Shown here: positions 63,326-64,000 of the stretch, piece by piece
How the letters are laid out: each line of letters begins with the position of its first letter
Numbering within the stretch: the first letter of the stretch is position 1
Assembly (NCBI GenBank): GCA_951406725.2
Contig: OX597831.1
Location: 80,662,001-80,726,000, forward strand
Direction of reading: 5' to 3'
Length of the DNA stretch: 64,000 nt
Source: Octopus vulgaris
Lineage: Eukaryota
The notes under the pieces: generated by a model
Databases searched by the model: none
The model's input: only the letters and a program-made list of their open reading frames with translations
What the model was told of the DNA's origin: nothing
Position numbers and translations under genes: made by a program

Positions 63326-63763
63326 ATTGTTTTTATCTACATTCCAGAAATTGAGCTTTTTATCTTTGTTAGAAACCAGCTCCTTGTTCAGAGGAAGAAT
63401 TTAAATGATTAAATACAGAAGAGACAGACAGACAGACAAACAGGTTAATAAGTTCAGTCCTGTTGCTAAGCAACCGGACAGAAAGTTGTTTGTGAAGCCT
63501 CACATCAACTGACATCTTTTTGATAAAACTGGGTGGATGAAAACTATACAGACAAAGCCTGTTGTTCGATACATTCTACCCTGAAGTCAAAAGGTACTGC
63601 TGCCTTGTCCTACTATGGTCAAACTGACTCTGTCTGAGAATTCCAGTAAGAGGACAGTAAGTGGCTGTGGAATCCCCAGGTATTTATATGTTAATTCAGG
63701 GACAGGTAACTCTGGTAATAGAACAAATGAATGCACATTGTTAAATCTGACAAGGAACCACAT

Positions 63764-63803
<40 letters not shown>

Positions 63804-63864
63804 GTGTGTGTGTTGTATGTATGCATATATATATATATAAATTAAATTAGATATATATATATAT

Positions 63865-64000
63865 AGAGTAGACCCAAAAAAGAACAACAAACACAAAAAA
63901 CAACAATGCGAGGACGTGGTACATGTAAAGTATTAGCAGAAGCTCAGGGAAGGAAACAAATATGGTTTAATGTTTCGAGCAAAGCTCTTCTTCAGGAACA
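63865..64000 (-). repeat. (TA)n-anchored repeat with hammerhead motif, same family as 58330-58503
   Basis: Minus strand GTTC-CTGAAGA-A-GAGC-TTT-GCTC-GAA-ACAT-T-AAAC; runs off the window end. Confidence 0.7.

Overview
AT-rich, microsatellite-dense animal genomic DNA with no recognisable host protein-coding gene. Nearly all long ORFs in the track are translations of simple repeats. The repeat spectrum suggests an octopus-type cephalopod genome (inference, not database-checked). The window contains: dozens of copies of several tRNA-derived SINE families (informal labels A, B, D, E); 5'-truncated LINEs (Tx1/L1, CR1-group, RTE, R4/Dong-like); Tc1/mariner remnants; hAT, piggyBac and mariner MITEs; Helitron and Helentron-type elements; a probable solo LTR; and a tRNA-Arg(CCG) pseudogene. 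The strongest candidate for a hidden system is a set of (TA)n-anchored repeats carrying minimal type I hammerhead ribozyme motifs, clustered at 58.3-59.8 kb with others at 22.6, 37.6 and 64 kb. They occur with long fold-back palindromes and an ATG-less Penelope-like GIY-YIG endonuclease frame at 21.4-21.8 kb. SINE families A and B share 3' tails with a CR1-group and a Tx1 LINE in the same window, and repeat family C is the 3' end of an RTE LINE. All coordinates were read by eye, and repeat boundaries are approximate.
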